A model generated the notes under the pieces. It made no database searches. It worked only from the letters and a program-made list of their open reading frames with translations, and was not told the DNA's origin. A stretch of 64,000 nt of DNA, from NCBI RefSeq assembly GCF_009914755.1, contig NC_060926.1. One strand, given 5' to 3'. This DNA is from the human T2T-CHM13v2.0 reference genome, Homo sapiens. Numbering within the stretch: position 1 is the stretch's first letter; every line of letters starts with the position of its first letter. Below, piece by piece: positions 14,014 through 29,389 of the stretch. Both the position numbers and the translations under genes were made by a program.

Positions 14014-14558
14014 TTCAAAGCCTTTTCTACTGAGTTGATCTTGTGTTCTTGCCCCAAGTCTGGTCAACAGTGTTAAAGGCTTTTATTTTCTTTTCATCTA
14101 ATATTATATGCTCTCATAGTTCACCTGGAAGCTATAATGTCACACACACCAGTCCAGGGAACACCCGAAGCATCCCTGTGTGAGACTCCCCCAACGCGTG
14201 GCTGATCCAGTAAACTAGGTGTTTGGTTGTGATCAGAGTATATATAGTTAACTAGGTGTGCAGGGCAGGTACACGTAATTTTTCATGAATTTTGGAATAT
14301 GCTTCCTGACATTTACACACATACTCATAGATTTCTTCACCTTAATGACCTACCTGATTTATAAATAAAAGGCAATGCTTTATCCTGTTTCATAAAGAGA
14401 AGGCATATCTTAAAATATTTGATTATTAGCTATACTATTAAGATAAATCTATCAAGATTACACTGTTAAGTAATTGTTAGGTAGAATTGTTCCTTGATAT
14501 TCTGAGACCTAGGTTTTATGTTTGTACAATTGAGTATTTATTTTACTCCGTGTTACAG

Positions 14559-14649
14559 GAATAAGGATAATATTTTGAAAGACGTCATCTCTTACTGGTC
14601 AGTATCAGAAACCACCACCACTGCACACAAACTCACCTTTCTTCTAACG
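14559..14649 (+). ncRNA. Candidate internal exon (91 nt) of an unidentified transcript
   Basis: Acceptor tatttattttactccgtgttacag|G, donor ACG|GTAAGC; apparently non-repeat sequence; no recognisable protein. Confidence 0.3.
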
Positions 14650-15801
14650 GTAAGCCCAAGAGTGGGAGTTCAGAGACCTGAGTTACGGAACTTTGGACAA
14701 TTCACGTCCTATCTCAGGACCCCAATTTTCTCACTGATAAATTAAGGTGAGCAGGTGGATGCTGTCCACCATTCAGTCTGGCTTTGTTTGGAAATGATGT
14801 CCACGGCCTCTAGGGCTGGTGCCTTCTTGTGATGCTAGGATGGCGCCATGTTTGATGAAGGTGAGTAGGTGCCAATGAAGACCTAGAGAAAGGCCAAGGA
14901 AAGAAGGTTCCTGCTTTACTACCCACAGCATATACAGTTATAAAGAAGCATATGTAAAAGGCACCCTGAAGGAGGGCTGAGATTTCAGAGCTCAGACAGT
15001 CAAGAGGGGATTGAGAACAACATGAGCAAAGCCACAGATGTGAAAGGAATAAGCTCCAGCGGGAAAGCATGGGCAGGTTCAGTGGTTAGAGCCACGTGTT
15101 TTCATTGAGCTCTTATTCTGTGTCAAGTCAGAAGCCACAAGCCAGCAATATCCAAATGAAAGAGATGTCATCAGCAGGATTTTAAGGAGAGCTGATAACG
15201 CAACATACCAAGGAAGACAATGCATGAACAAACAAAAATTGCTCTCCGTCTATAATGCAGAGGGCGTGTTAATCATTAAATAGTTTCGACATGTTCTCCT
15301 TCTCTTTCGATAAACATCAATTTGCTACCAGGCACAGGATAGGTGTTAGGGATACCAAGATGAGTCAACATGGGGAGTTGTGGGAGATGTAGCCTCAGGT
15401 TTCCATGGGGCCCCACTTGGGAGGGTCTGTAATGCCCAAGGAGGAAGATTTTGCTTAACTCAACGGGCAATACAGAGCCATTGAAGATCTCTGAGCAAAA
15501 AGATCACATAAACAGAGCCATTAAGGCAATTAATCTGACGGCTGTGTCAGTAGATGGGGAGTGGGGCAGAGACAATGGCAATAATTCAAAGAAATTCAGT
15601 GCAGAAGATGAGAGGAAGGTGGATTGGGTGCTACTGTGGGCAGATTTGTCACCCTGAACCATCCCACGGTGAGAGACTCAGGCCCGCTGCTGGGCTGGCT
15701 GAGGCCCCTCTATGTGCACCTGGGTGGGCAGTCGGTGCAGGTGCAGGCCTCACAGACGCATCCTCAGGTAGAAGAGGTTTCAGAGGAGCCCTGAAGCCCT
15801 G

Positions 15802-15871
15802 ACATCCACCCCTGCATCCCCCAACATCCATCCCTGCATCCCCCAACATCCATCCCTGCATCCCGCAACAT
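15802..15871. repeat. Short tandem repeat, 3 x 22 bp (acatccatccctgcatccccca)
   Basis: Directly visible. Confidence 0.9.
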
Positions 15872-16885
15872 ACTGTCTTTTGATGTGTTGGATTTTGCAT
15901 TTCATTATTTTCCCTTTAAAGTACAATAAATCTTGTTTCCAAGTACTCCAGAAATACAATAAATGCATGTAAGCCGGCCACCATAATCCAAGGGGAAAGG
16001 GGAACAAGTAGAGAGAAATGATGTCATCATTCTTCCTGCTGCCATCCTGCCGTTTCCAGGCTGGATCCCTAAGCATCTATTTTTCAAAAACCTCAGTCCC
16101 TGAATTAAACGCCCCAGAGTGGCCTGGACACACCCGGCCCTGCAGGCAAGCAGCACATGGCTGAGAGCAGCATCTGCCAGCCCTGCACCCACCCAGTAAG
16201 AGCAGGGCTTATCGGCGACAGGATCTGGGAGACTGAATGAGCACTCCTGTACTAAAACCCGGAGCCTGTTAGGGTCTCTCATAATGGCTTCCATCTCCAT
16301 TAAGGAAAAAAGAGCCATCCACTTTAGAGGGAAAAAAATATAAAAACCTCTCTTTCCCCCTTTAAAATTCATTGCACTTTTTTCTTTTGTAAATAACAAG
16401 CTTAATCAATTATCTTTCTTTTATCTACAAGTAGAGTGTTCCTTTTTCAGGGAAAAATGTCATATTTTTAGAGGTTTGCTTTTAAGTTGTTAGCTAGATA
16501 GATATCTTTCCTACAGTCCTCCAGTAGTAAACTTGATGCTAAAAACGCACATGCAAAATCCACCAGACTTGTAAGGTAAGATGGGGCTTGCCGATTGGTG
16601 ATTGAATATGGGCTGGTGCAGCCAACCTGCTCTCAACAGGAGCCAGGGGCAGCCACGCCCTGCATGTTCATCTGGCACCGGGAGTGCATCATGAGGCAAA
16701 AATCATTTTTTAATAGAACCCAGAAAGCAATCCAAAATCAGTAAATAAAGCAACAAAATGAAGGAGCTGGCTGGCGCTTTGGTGAGGATTCTTGCCGCAA
16801 GTGTTCTTCACCAACATTTTAGAGATGGAATTCAGTATGCCGGTCAGGGCTAAGCCAGCCCACTCCACAACATGACAGAGGAGCA

Positions 16886-17059
16886 CCCTATTTCCTTGAC
16901 TCTCAGATGCCATAAATTATAAGATGCACCATCTATTTATTAACAGCTTTTCAGAAAAAAAAGAGACTATGTTAAAAGCACCCATCAATTACAAGCTGCA
17001 TTCAGCTTTCAGAAACACTCACAGGTGAAAAATATGCATCTCAGAATCAAGAAATATGG
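16886..17059. mobile_element. Tc2/mariner-type MITE (MER104/Kanga-like)
   Basis: Terminal inverted repeats 'ccctatttccttgactctcagatgc' / 'gcatctcagaatcaagaaatatgg', followed by TA. Confidence 0.7.
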
Positions 17060-18169
17060 TATATTAATACAAGGGTCATCATCAATTAATCATTTTAAAG
17101 GACTTAAGCAAAATGAGCTCCCTGTAATGGAGGTGATCATGAACAAACAATGACAGGGTCAGACTGGAAAAGAAAAGCATTAATACGTGTCAGGTGAGCC
17201 AAGGAGAAAAGGGATTCCAGAGAAGGACGCTGTAATCGTGTTTAACTCTGTTTCTTAAAAATATTAAGAATGTCCTCCAGCTTATAATGTACTATTAGCA
17301 ACCATGATTGTAACACAGGAAAGCACATATTTGTATTCAACAAATAAAAATGAACAAAATCTATCTTATTTTCTCTTTTATTCCCAATGTCTGACTCCTA
17401 TGTGGTGATGCAAGGTGATCAGTGAGTATCTGTTGAATGAAGATGTCATCAAGCAAATGACAAAATCAAGCACTGAAGTAACCGCCAAGTCTGGAGAGTT
17501 TACATCCTGTGTATTTTAGGGTTCATGGCTTCCCACCCCAAGCTGTAGCCTCAGCATCCCCTCATGGATGCTGTTGCACCAGCCACACCACCTCACCCCA
17601 CAGTGCTCCCAGCAGCGTCTCTCACGTCCCCGCAACACATTGCTCACAGTTCCTCTGAAACATACATCTGAATGGCAGAGGCAAGGTGTTCGTCATTGTG
17701 CCATTTTTGAAACTCCTGTAAGTTCTCATTAAAACAGAGCAACTTGCATAGCAAAACTGGAAACCCTCAGACGGCATCTTCAACAAAAGTAGTGACAAGG
17801 TACCCCCACAGACCCCAACACGATGACCAAGCATGCTGAGCCATAGGCCGGCCCTTCCCCTGGTGTTGGGAGGTGGTGGCCAGGAAAGCAGAGGCCACAT
17901 GAGGACTCACAAAGGACAGCGGCCCACACTGGCCCAAGTGCTGCGCCAGGCATGTGAGGGCGTCCGGTGGTGGGTGCCTGGCCTCGTCAGCTCCAACGAC
18001 AACCCAGCACCACCAAGAGACCTGGGAGCTGAGTCTCCTACCAGATGGGGAGACCCTGGGACAGAGAAGGAAGGTCCGGATCAAACTGGAGAAGAATCGA
18101 AGCAGATGTTTGCACCTCTTTGGTACCTGATCCAAACAAACCAATTGTGACACAGGTTAAGTTTCCAAC

Positions 18170-18470
18170 TTGAGCTAGATATCTGATAATGATGAGAAAT
18201 TATTGTTACTCATGTCAGGTGTGACCATGGTAGTGTGGTTTTGTTTTTCTTTTTTATGCCAGTATCCTTACCTGACCGAGAGTTGTTCTAAAACAGGCAA
18301 GGATGGGTTTGCTGCAGAATGACCGGTGGGGAGGGAAGTAGGAAGGGGCTAAACATAGTGGGGTCAGCCATGTGTTAGTGATTGTTGAAGCCGGCTGTAG
18401 GAGCTTGGGGGTTCAATTTACCATTCTTTTGTATGTGTTTGAAATTTTCTAAACAAAAGGTTAAAAAAAA
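18170..18470 (+). mobile_element. Old L1 3' end (L1ME/L1MC-like)
   Basis: 'gtgattgttgaagccgg...ttttgtatgtgtttgaaattttctaaacaaaaggttaaaaaaaa' is a typical old-L1 3' terminus. Confidence 0.7.
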
Positions 18471-18549
18471 GCCTCACAGCTTTGGTCATGTCATTTATCC
18501 ACTAAAACATTTTATGAATCCCCCAAAACCCTAAAACTTTTTTATACAC

Positions 18550-18925
18550 TATATAAAGCCAATCCCTGTCCCCAGCCCCACAGGCCACAGGCCACTTCCA
18601 GCCTCATGCTGACCCTCCAGAGCCACACACAGTGCAGCATTTGACACCGCGCCTTTGCCCACATTGTTCCCACCACCTGGAACACCCTCCCAGCGTAAGC
18701 CCTTCCTCCAAAGCCCAGCTGAAGCTTCCTCTCTGCCAAGTTCCCTCGCTGGCCCTCCCCATGCCCCATGGGATGCAGGGCACACCATTCTACATGGGTC
18801 TCCCACTGCGCTGGGCAAGGCAAGGTCACAGACCTTCTCCTGCTCATTTTCAGGTCCTCTGCACTTAGCAGCATTCTCAGCAAATAGCAGCTGCTCACCT
18901 ACCGTTGGCTGGACTGAAATGAGTT
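18550..18925 (+). mobile_element. L2 fragment
   Basis: 'gcctttgcccacattgttcccaccacctggaacaccctccc...cacttagcagcattctcagcaaatagcagctgctca' is L2 3' region. Confidence 0.65.
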
Positions 18926-19018
18926 TTTGTTGAAGAATTTTAACCAGCACTTCTACCCATTCTACTCTTTAAAATTTCACAACCTGGAGAAGATGTAAGT
19001 TGGTAAAAATGAAGATGA

Positions 19019-19343
<325 letters not shown>

Positions 19344-19684
19344 TCATGCATCAAAAGCCTTAAAAATGTTGATCCTTTTTGATCTAGTCATTCCACTTTA
19401 ATAATAAAATAATAAAAACTTATTAAAGGAAATCATTGAAAACCTACAGAAGGACTTATATAGAAGAATGTTAATGATAAAAGCATTCTAAACTTCAATC
19501 CATAAAAATCATTCATATAATAGAATATTAGGTAGCCATTAATAACCATGTCTTAATAGAATATTTAGTGACATGGCAGAATACTTAACATTTATTATAA
19601 GATTTATTGGAAAGCAATACGTTAGATTATGAGTCAACATATCCAATACCAAGTCCAACTGAATCATTAAAAAAAATCATCTAC

Positions 19685-19983
19685 AACCGGGCACGGTGGC
19701 TCACACATATAATCTCAGCACTTTGGGAGGCCGAGGTGGGCGGATCACAAGGTCAGGAGTTTGAGACCAGCCTGGCCAATATGGCGAAACCCTGTCTCTA
19801 CTAAAAATACAAAAATTAGCCAGGCATAGTGGTGGGTGCCTGTAGTCCCAACTGCTCAGGAGACTAAGACAGGAGAAATCGCTTGAACCTGGGAGGCAAA
19901 GGTTGCAATGAGCCAAGATCGCATCACTGCACTCCAGCCTGGGCGACAGGACAAGACTCTGTCTCCAAAAAAAGAAAACAAAA
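19685..19983 (+). mobile_element. Alu (AluSg-like) inside an old L1 3'UTR fragment
   Basis: 'ggatcacaaggtcaggagtttgagaccagcc'; degenerate TSD aaaatcatcta / aaattcaccta. Confidence 0.93.
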
Positions 19984-21766
19984 TTCACCTAGAAAAATAC
20001 TTGAAGAAAACATACCTAAATACGTAGAGTTTTATTCTGGGGTTGCAGAACTAGAGAGGTTTTCATTTAAGTTAATAAACTGTATTTGTTTAGAGCAGTT
20101 TTTGGTTAATAGAAGAATTTAGCTGAAAGTACTGATAGTTTCCTTATGCACTCTCTCCCCACGCCACCGCCCACCCCCATACTGTTGGCATCTACCATTA
20201 GTGGGGTAAGTTCCTTACAATTGATAAGCCAGTATTGATACATGATACTAACCACAGCCAGAGCTTGAGTTAGGGCTCACTCCTCGTTGTCTACAGTCTA
20301 TGGATTTTGACAAATACACAACGTCATGTATCCACCATTACAGAATCATACAGAATAGTTCTGCTGCCCTAAGAATCGCCTTCCACACACTACCCCTACA
20401 CACTGAACCCCTGAGCTTTTCACTATCTCCACAGTCGTGCCTTTTCAGGAATGCTGTACCATTGGAATCCTACAGCATCTAGCCCTTTCACGCTGGCTGC
20501 CTTTACTTAGTGATGTTGTCAGACGCACCTCCTTGTCTTTTCATGGCGGCTGGCTCACTTCTTTTCATTGCTTAGTCATATTACATTGTATTGAGGGGCT
20601 ACAGTTTGTTTATCAATTCACCTATCAAAGGACATGTCTTCTCTCAATTTTTGCTTTTAATTTTTGGTAAGTATAAGTAAAGCTGCTCTGAATGCCTGTG
20701 TACAGGATTTTGTGCGGCTATAAGTTTTCAATGCATTTGGTAAATAGCAACCATCTAGTAAGAGAATGTTTGGTTTGGTAAGAAACTGCCAAGCTGTCTT
20801 CCAAAGTGGCTGCACCATTTTGCACTCCCACCAGCAAAGAAGGAGAGTCTCCGCTGCTCCATACCCTTGTCAGCACTTGGTGCTGTCAGCGTTTTGGATT
20901 TTAGCCATTCTAATAGGTGTATAATGGTGTCATATTGTTTTAAAATTTACAATTCCCTAATGGCATATGATGTTTATTATCTTTCATATGCATATTTGCC
21001 ATCTGTAAATCTTTGATCAGGTGCGTGTTCAGATTTTTTGCCAAATTTTTAATTAGGTTGTTTGTTTTCTTATTGCTGAGGGGGGTTTTTTGTATATTTT
21101 GAATGTAAGTCCAAAAAGACATTAGAAATATGACTTTTGCAAATATTGTCTCCTGGTCTGTGGCTCGTCTTTTCATTCTCTTAACAATGTCTTTCATGGA
21201 GCAGAAGTTTTAATTTTCACAAAGTCTAACATCAGTTTTTCTTTAATGGATGATGCTTTAGGTATTATATCTAAAACTCATCATCAAACCTAATTTCACC
21301 TAAATTTTCTTCTATTTTATTTTCTAGAAATTATTTTAGTTTTGCATTTTACATGTAGGTCTGTGATCCCTCATGACTTAATTGTTGTGAGGGCTACAAG
21401 TTCTCTGTCTAGATTCATTTATTTGTTTTTGTTTGTTTTCTTGCATGAAGATGTCCATTTTTCCAGCACCATTTGTTGACAAAACTGTAATTTCACCATT
21501 GAATTGCCTTTTCTGCTTTGTTGACTCTATATGTGTGTGGGTCTCTTTCTGGGCTGTCTGTTCTGTTCCATTGATATATTTGTCCATTCATTTGCAACAC
21601 CGCATGCTCTGAATTGCTTCGCTTCATAGTAAGTTTAAAGTCAGGTAGTGTCAGTCTTCTACCTTTATACTTCTTTAATATTGTATTGGCTATTCTGGAT
21701 CTTTTGCCTTTCCATACAAATTTTAAAACCAGGGCAAGTTTTTAAAATCTGTATGGAAGGTTTTTA

Positions 21767-22056
<290 letters not shown>

Positions 22057-22287
22057 AAATTTAAAACCAATTTGTTGATTTCAACAAAGTGATTGGGATT
22101 GCATCGAATCCATGGACCATGCTGGGGAAACTGACATTTTAACAACGTTTAGTCGTTTTGTACATTAATATCCATTTTATTTATTTAGCTATTCTTTGAT
22201 CTCTTTCATCAGAGCAGTTGTAGTTGATTTTGTCGGTTGGTTTTTATAGATGTTCTTTTGTTCTTTTAGGTCGAGGAAGTTTCCTTC

Positions 22288-22671
22288 TGTTATGGACTGA
22301 ATTATGTCATCTCTTAAGATTCATATGTTGAAGTCCTAATATCCAGTACTTTAGAATGTGACTATATTTGGTGATAGGCTCTTTTAAAAGGTAATTAAGT
22401 TAAAGTGAGGTCACTATGGTGGGCCCTAATCCAATATAAGGAGAGTAAATTTGGACACAGACATGTACAGAGGGAAGCCCGTGTGAAGACACAGGAAGAA
22501 GATGGCCCAGTCATCTGCCATCAAGCCAGGGAGCGAGGCCTCAGAAAATATCAGCCCTATCAACATCTTCATCTCAGACTTCTGAACTTCAGAATTGTAG
22601 GAAAATTAATTTCTGTGGTTCAAGCCACACAGTCTGTGGCACTGTTAGAGCAGCCCTAGAAAATGAGTGCA
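22288..22671 (+). mobile_element. MaLR solo LTR (MLT1B-like)
   Basis: TG...CA termini; 'gaatgtgactatatttgg...gggccctaatccaata'; 5-bp TSD ccttc / tcttc. Confidence 0.88.
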
Positions 22672-23443
22672 TCTTCTATTCCTAGTTTGGTCAAATGATG
22701 TTTTTACATCTGTTGATATGATCATATGATTTTTCCTCTTTAGCCTGTTGATGTGATGTATTACATTCATTAATTTTTGAATGTTGAATCAGCCTTGCAT
22801 ACCTGAAACAAATCCCACTTGGTCATGATATATAATTTTGTATACATTGTTAGACTAAATATGCTGATATTTTGTTGGGGATTTTTTGCATCTATGTTCA
22901 TGAGAGATATGAGTTAGCTTTCCTTTTTTGTAATGACTGTGTCTGGTTTAGATACTAGAGTAACGCTTGACTCATATAATGGGTTATGAAGTCCTCTCTC
23001 TGCTTCAATATTGTAAAGAATTGGGATTTCTTACTCAAATATTTGGTAGAACTCACAAGTGAACCCATCTGGGACTAGTACTTTCTGTTTTGAAAGGTTA
23101 TTAATTATTGATTCAATTTATTTAGTAGACCTATTCAGATTGCCTATTTCTTCTGGTGTGAGTTTGGCAGATTGTGCCATTTAAGTAGCTGATCCATTCA
23201 TCTAGGTTATCAAGTTTGTGGCATAAAGTTGCTTGTAATAGTCTTCTGTTACCCTTATAATGTCCATGGGATCAGCAGTGATGGCTTCGCCTTCATTTCT
23301 GATATTAGTAATTTGTATCCTCTCTCTCTCTCTCTCTCTAAGTTAGCCTGACTATAGCTTCACCAATTGCATTAGCTTTTCAAAGAACTAGCATTTGGTT
23401 TGGTTGATTTTGTCTATTATTCTCCTGTTTTCAGTTCCTTTTA

Positions 23444-23633
23444 TAGGAAGTTCTCATTTTATGTCATTGGTTAGTTCTCAGAAACTGCAACTTTCAGCAA
23501 AGTCACGTACCTCGCATCCTGGACTGATACCATTTCATTCAACATCATTTTGTTACAAAGTTGATGAGGAAAAAAATGTTTTCATCATATGTTGTTTCAC
23601 TTGAAGTCGCAATGGTATTTGTGAGGACGTATG
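23444..23633. mobile_element. Tigger-family MITE (MER6B-like)
   Basis: TA-flanked; 'gaaactgcaactttcagcaaag' / 'tttcacttgaagtcgca' inverted; internal 'gttgatgaggaaaaaaa'. Confidence 0.65.
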
Positions 23634-25472
23634 TATTTCTGCTCTAATTTTTATTATGCCTGTTTCATCTGCTTACTTTAGTTTGCTTTTTTCTAATTTC
23701 ATAAGGTGAAAGCTTAGATTATTGAGTTTAGATCTTTATTTTTTTTAATATGCACGTTCAATGGTATAAATTTTCCTCTGCACACTGTTTTCACTGCATT
23801 CCACTCATTTTGATAAATTGTATTCTCACTTTCATCTAGTTCAAAATATTTTAAATTTCTTTTGTGACTTCTTTGCCTCATATGCTATTTAGAAGTGCAT
23901 TTTTAAATTTCCAAATATTTGGGGATGTTCTAGCTATCTAGCTGTTATTGATTTGGTTTTGTTTAATTTCACTGAAGTCTGAAAGCACACTTTATATAAT
24001 TTCTATTTTTTTTTTAATTTGTGAAGATATGTCTTATGGCCCAGAATGTGGTCTATCTTGGTGAACCTTCCATGTGAACCTGAAAAGAACTTATACTCTG
24101 CTGTTGTTGGATGAAATATTCTATAAATATCAATTTCATTCTATCAATATCAATTGATGGAGCTGTTTCAGTTCAACTATCTCCTTTCTGATTTTCTGCC
24201 TGTTGGATCTGTCCATTTCTAATAGAAGGGTGTTGAAGTCTCCAACTATGATAATGGATTTATTTATTTCTCCTTGCAGTTCTATAAGTTTTTCCCTCGT
24301 GTATTTTGATGCTCTGTCTTTAGGTGCATACACACTAAAGATTGTTATGTCTTCTTGGAGAATTGCCTCTTTATCATTATACAATGCCTCTCTTCAGCTC
24401 TGATAGTGTTTCTTGCTCTGTGGTCTACTTTGGTTGGAATTAAAGTAGTTACTCCAGCTTTCTTTTGATTAGTGTTGGCATGATATATCTTTCTCCGTGT
24501 CTTTACTTTTAATCTATCTTTGTTATATTTAAAGTAAATGTCTTGTATTGAATGTATAGTTCAGTCAGTATCTGTCTTTTAATTGGTATATTTAAACCAT
24601 TCACATTTAAGGTGGTTATTGATAAAATTTGATTAGTATCTACTGTATTTGAAACAGTTTGTTATTTTGTTACACTGTTCTTTGTTGTTTTTTCATCTTC
24701 TCTGTTTTGAGTGTTTTATGATTTCACTTTTCTATTAATTATACTTCTTTTTAAATTTTTTTCAGAGATTGCCCTAAAGTTTACAGTGTACATTTACAAC
24801 TAATATAACCCTGCTTTCAAATAACTCTATGCTACCTGATGAGTAGTGTAGGTGCCTTACAACAGAGCACTCCTGATTCTTCCCCTCTTCAATTATTATT
24901 TTGCTGATACTCAATTCACTGTCTATAAGTTATAATCAATATATTATTGATATTATTATTTTGACAAAACTGTTATCAGTTAAGTCAATTAAGAATTTTT
25001 ACAAAACAAATGGTTTATTTTTACCTGCATTTATTTCCTCTTTAAGACTCCTCCTTTCTTATTATATCTGAGTTTCTAGCCTATATCATTTTCCTCCTCT
25101 CTGAAGAACTTCTTTTAACATTTCTTACAAAGTAGGTCAACTGGAGACAAATTCCCTCAATTTCTGTTTGTCTAAGAAGCTATTTCTACTTCACTTTTGA
25201 AGGATAATTTCACTGCACACAGAACTGAGGTTGGTATGTTTTTCTTTCAGCTCTTTAAATATGTTATCCACACTCTTCTTGCTTGCATTTAGAAACTATG
25301 TTTCTAAAGAGAAGTCTGATATAGTGTTTACCCTGGCTTCTCTGTAGGCTTCCTAGATTGGTGGTTTGATGTCTACCATTAATTCTGGAAAATTCTTAGC
25401 CAATATTACTTCAAATATTTCTCCTGTTTCTCTTTTTCCCCTGCTGATATCCCCAGTTTGCACATGTAACAT

Positions 25473-25851
25473 TGATATGATTTGGCTGCGTCCCCACTCA
25501 AATCTCATCTTGAATTGTAGTTCCCATAATCTCCACATGTCATGGGAGAAACCCAATGGGAAGTAGTAGAATCATGGGGGCAGTTACCCCCATGCTGCTG
25601 TTCTCATGATAGTGATTGAGTTCTCACGAGATCTGATGGTTTTATAAGGGGCTTTGCCCCAATTCACTCTGCACTTCTCCTTGCTGCCACCATGTGAACA
25701 AGGACATGTTTGCTTCTCCTTTCACCATGATTGTAAGTTTTCTGAGGCCTCCCCAGCCCTGAGGAACTGTGAGTCAATTAAACTTGCTTTCCTTTATAAA
25801 TTGCCCAATCCTGGGTATATCCTTATAGCAGCATGATGATGGACTAAACCA
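25473..25851 (+). mobile_element. THE1 (THE1C/D-like) solo LTR
   Basis: 'tgatatgatttggctgcgtccccactcaaatctcatcttgaattgtag...gaactgtgagtcaattaaac...ggactaaacca'. Confidence 0.92.
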
Positions 25852-28800
25852 CACACCTTTTGTAATTGTCCCATAATTATTTGATTTTTTTTATGTTTTT
25901 CATGTTTTTTTCTTTTTGCTTTTCATTTTAGGAAGGTTCTAGTGACATATCTTCAAAGTCACTGATTCTTTCCTCCACTGTATAGTCTACTGATGAGCCC
26001 ATGAAGACATTCTTCATTTCTGTTACAAAGTATTTGATTTCTAGTAATCCCTTTTGCTCCTTTCTTAGAGCTTCCATCTCTGCTTACATTACCCAACTGT
26101 TCTTGCATGCTGTCTACTTTATCCATTAGAGTCGTTCAAATATTTATCATAGATGTTTTAAATTCCAAGTCTGATAATTCCCAAATCTCTGCCATATCTG
26201 AGTCTGGTTCTGGTGGCTGGTTTTTCTCTTGAAACTGTGATTTTTGCCTTTTAGCATGCCTTGTATTTTTTTCTTGAAAGTGGACATGATGCATCAGATA
26301 AATAAACCTGACATAAATAGTTTCTTACCTTCAGTGTGAAGTTTTATGTTTGTTTGTCAAGGAGTTGGGCTGTGATGACTCTAATATAGCTGCAATTTCA
26401 GAGGCTAAATTTTTCTCTAGTGTCCTTGTTTTTGCCTTTGTGGTTGTCTGTAGGTTTCCCTAGAGTCTCCTTCTTAGATAAGATCTGAGGCACACCGTTC
26501 TTTTCAATGTAATCTCCTGTTATTACACAGAAGCCTAGTTGATATCATCATAAGGTCTCAGGAGGAGAAGCCTTCCGTGACCCTAAGATGAGGTCTCAGT
26601 CTTTTAGTGAGTCCATGTTCCTGGACTGTGACCTCCACAAGTGCTTCTTAGCCTTTTTTTTCCTTTTTCCACCCCTTAGGTGTGACAGAAAGGCTGTTGC
26701 CAGAGTGGGCTGGAGTTTTCAATGGGCTCAGATAGTTCTTTGAGTTCTGAAAGCAGCCTTCTCATCATTAAAATGCTTTCTTACATCATTAAACCCAATC
26801 CCTCAAAGAATTCTTCTCTCCTTCCATCCTCTCTCACACCCACAACTGCAAAAGGTGCCATAGGCATTAAAGTCTAAGTGTGTCCCATCAGTCAAGCTCT
26901 GACATTGCACTAAGTGACAAATCTCCTTGGGTCTTCTCATTGTGCTGAGGGAAGTCATGGGTTTCTGATGTGAGCCAGAGTAGCTGGTCCAGTACAAACA
27001 CCAGACTGTCAGCAAACTGAAGTTTGCTGAGCACCTTCCCTCTCTCGCCATGGGGTTGTTGTTTTTCTCAGTATAGGGGATGTAGATTTGCTTCTAATGC
27101 TCCCCACCTGAACTCAGGGTAAAGCCATGAAGTGCAGGCCCAGGAGGGAACACACTTTCCCTTTCGATTACACTGTTAGCTTGCCTACCATTTAGTTGTG
27201 TGCAGAACTATTCCAATGGACTTTCATTCCTATATTTCTGTGAACCAGCCTGGTATTCAAAGGTCCAGACAAGTTACCTACTAAGTGGCTACTAAATTAT
27301 CATCTCATGATAGCATCAGACATGCTCTATTCTTTACAAAGCAGATGCTTGTGTGTTATCTCACATGGTCACTTTTACTTCTGACAAGACCCACTGCAGT
27401 ATCAGAGCCATGAACATAGTACATTTTACAGATTCCTAAGATACCAGGGCCAGGGGGTGAAGGGCTTGCCAAAGGTCACTAGCCCATGACAAATGACCTA
27501 GGCTTCCTGGCACTTGGATCCAGACCTCTGCGGCACACACAGAGTGAGAAACCACACACAAGCCTTCTTCCAAAGAAACTTCTCACTGAAAACACCAGGT
27601 GAGCCTCGGATGATCACTTTTTGGAATTCAGTGGATAATCAGGGCAGTCTGTTTCTCTCACTGGGATACATGTTGGGGTCAGGAAAATAGAGAAGCCATT
27701 CAGTGTTGATGAATGTCAGATGGCATCATACAACTCACCACCAACCATTTCTATTTTAAACTTGGGAAAAACATCATGGCAAAGCACCGTAAGTCCTATT
27801 GGCAGACAAGGTAATTTATTCCTTGATACATCAACATTACTCTTTTGTTATGGACACTGTTATTTTTATTATGGGAAACGGGTAAGTTATTAAAAGCCAC
27901 TTGTCCATTTCGATTTATTCAGACTGTTTCCCCAGGATCCAGACCAGCCAGGGCTGACTCATCATCCAGCACAGGAGGTCCAGGGCTTAGGGTCACGGTA
28001 TTTGTTAACTCAGAAGACTAAAAAAGATTATTAGGTTGGAGAAAGTATTTTAATGTATCATATGAATGTTTCTCTTTATACCAATGAAGTCATAAATACG
28101 ATTTTGGCTATTTTTATTTTTATTGAAAGTCATACTGCATCCAGCATCTCCCTGATCTCTGGTGCCTTCCTAGGATAACCAGGGGGCTCCCCGAATGAAG
28201 CATTTTTGTTTGCCCAGCAGTGACAGGAGTGGCACGCCCCTCCTCACCCCAGAACTTAGAAGGCCTAATTTCCTGGTCGGTGGCACTCCTGCCCACGGCA
28301 TCGCTGTGGGAACAGTAACCAGCAGCATTTCACTGTGTGTCTCACGGACCACCCAGGAGGTCCTGTTCTGTTCCTGCTACTCAGCATGGGTGGGTGGGTT
28401 AGAGGTGGAAGGGGAGAAGAAATGAGAAAGAGGGGCATGAATGGCTGTTTGGGCAGGAAAATCCTGCTGTAGGAGGACGATGACTTCCAAGTTTCTATGC
28501 AGCTGTTTACAGAGACCTTTGAAGTCAGAACTGAGAGTGTCCATGGCGCCAGTCTCACAAAATTCTGCAGCAGGTGAAGGCCGGAACTAGAGTTTTACCT
28601 TCACTGCTATCATTCCAGGGGCACAAAACTCAGGCAATTACACATCTGATCATCCAAAAGAAAGAGTGACCGAATGTGGTCGCAGAACAGAAGCACCAAT
28701 CCTTCAAGCCCCGGAAGTTCCACCCTGGCTGCCTGGACAGAGGCCTCAACTCCCTGAGTTTGATTTCCCGCCTGCACACGGATGTCGAAATTCCCGCCCA

Positions 28801-29292
28801 CAGAGCTGCTTCGCACAGCAAGGCCCAAGTCCCAAAGCTACGAATTGCACCACATTTATCCAGAAATCCCCCACGTTTTCCACAACACCCAGAAAATTGG
28901 TGGAACGAGTCAACATGCCAATGGGAGGAAAGTGGTTAGCACCGTAGAGAACACCAGGGAGGAAACACGCAACTGCACACCAGGGCTTTTTTATCTTGGC
29001 AAAGCCACAGACGATTCTTATGAATCAGGCCATCCTGTGGGGACTCCGTTTGCTAGAGACGGATCCGCCCCAGCATCACCCCCATTGGCAGAAACCAACC
29101 CAGCCAGAGTCCCCAGGCCTCGAGAGGATGTCTCTTCTGAGACCCCCACCATTCAACGTGCTCCCAAGCCACCCTCCCGTTATGGACAGCTCTGTGCAAA
29201 CTCCTGTCAGAGGCAGCCTCATCAAAGTACTAAAGGCGAGGCGGAACCACAGCTTCACCCTGAGCTTCACATGTCCACATATGCCAGGAGCT

Positions 29293-29389
29293 TGTGTGTG
29301 TGCGTGTGTGCATGTGTGTGTGTGCATACATGCACGTGTGCACACATGTATATGTGTGTATGTACGTGTGTGCCTATGTGTGTGTGTAT
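29293..29389. repeat. Degenerate (TG)n alternating purine-pyrimidine tract
   Basis: Directly visible, ~95 bp. Confidence 0.95.
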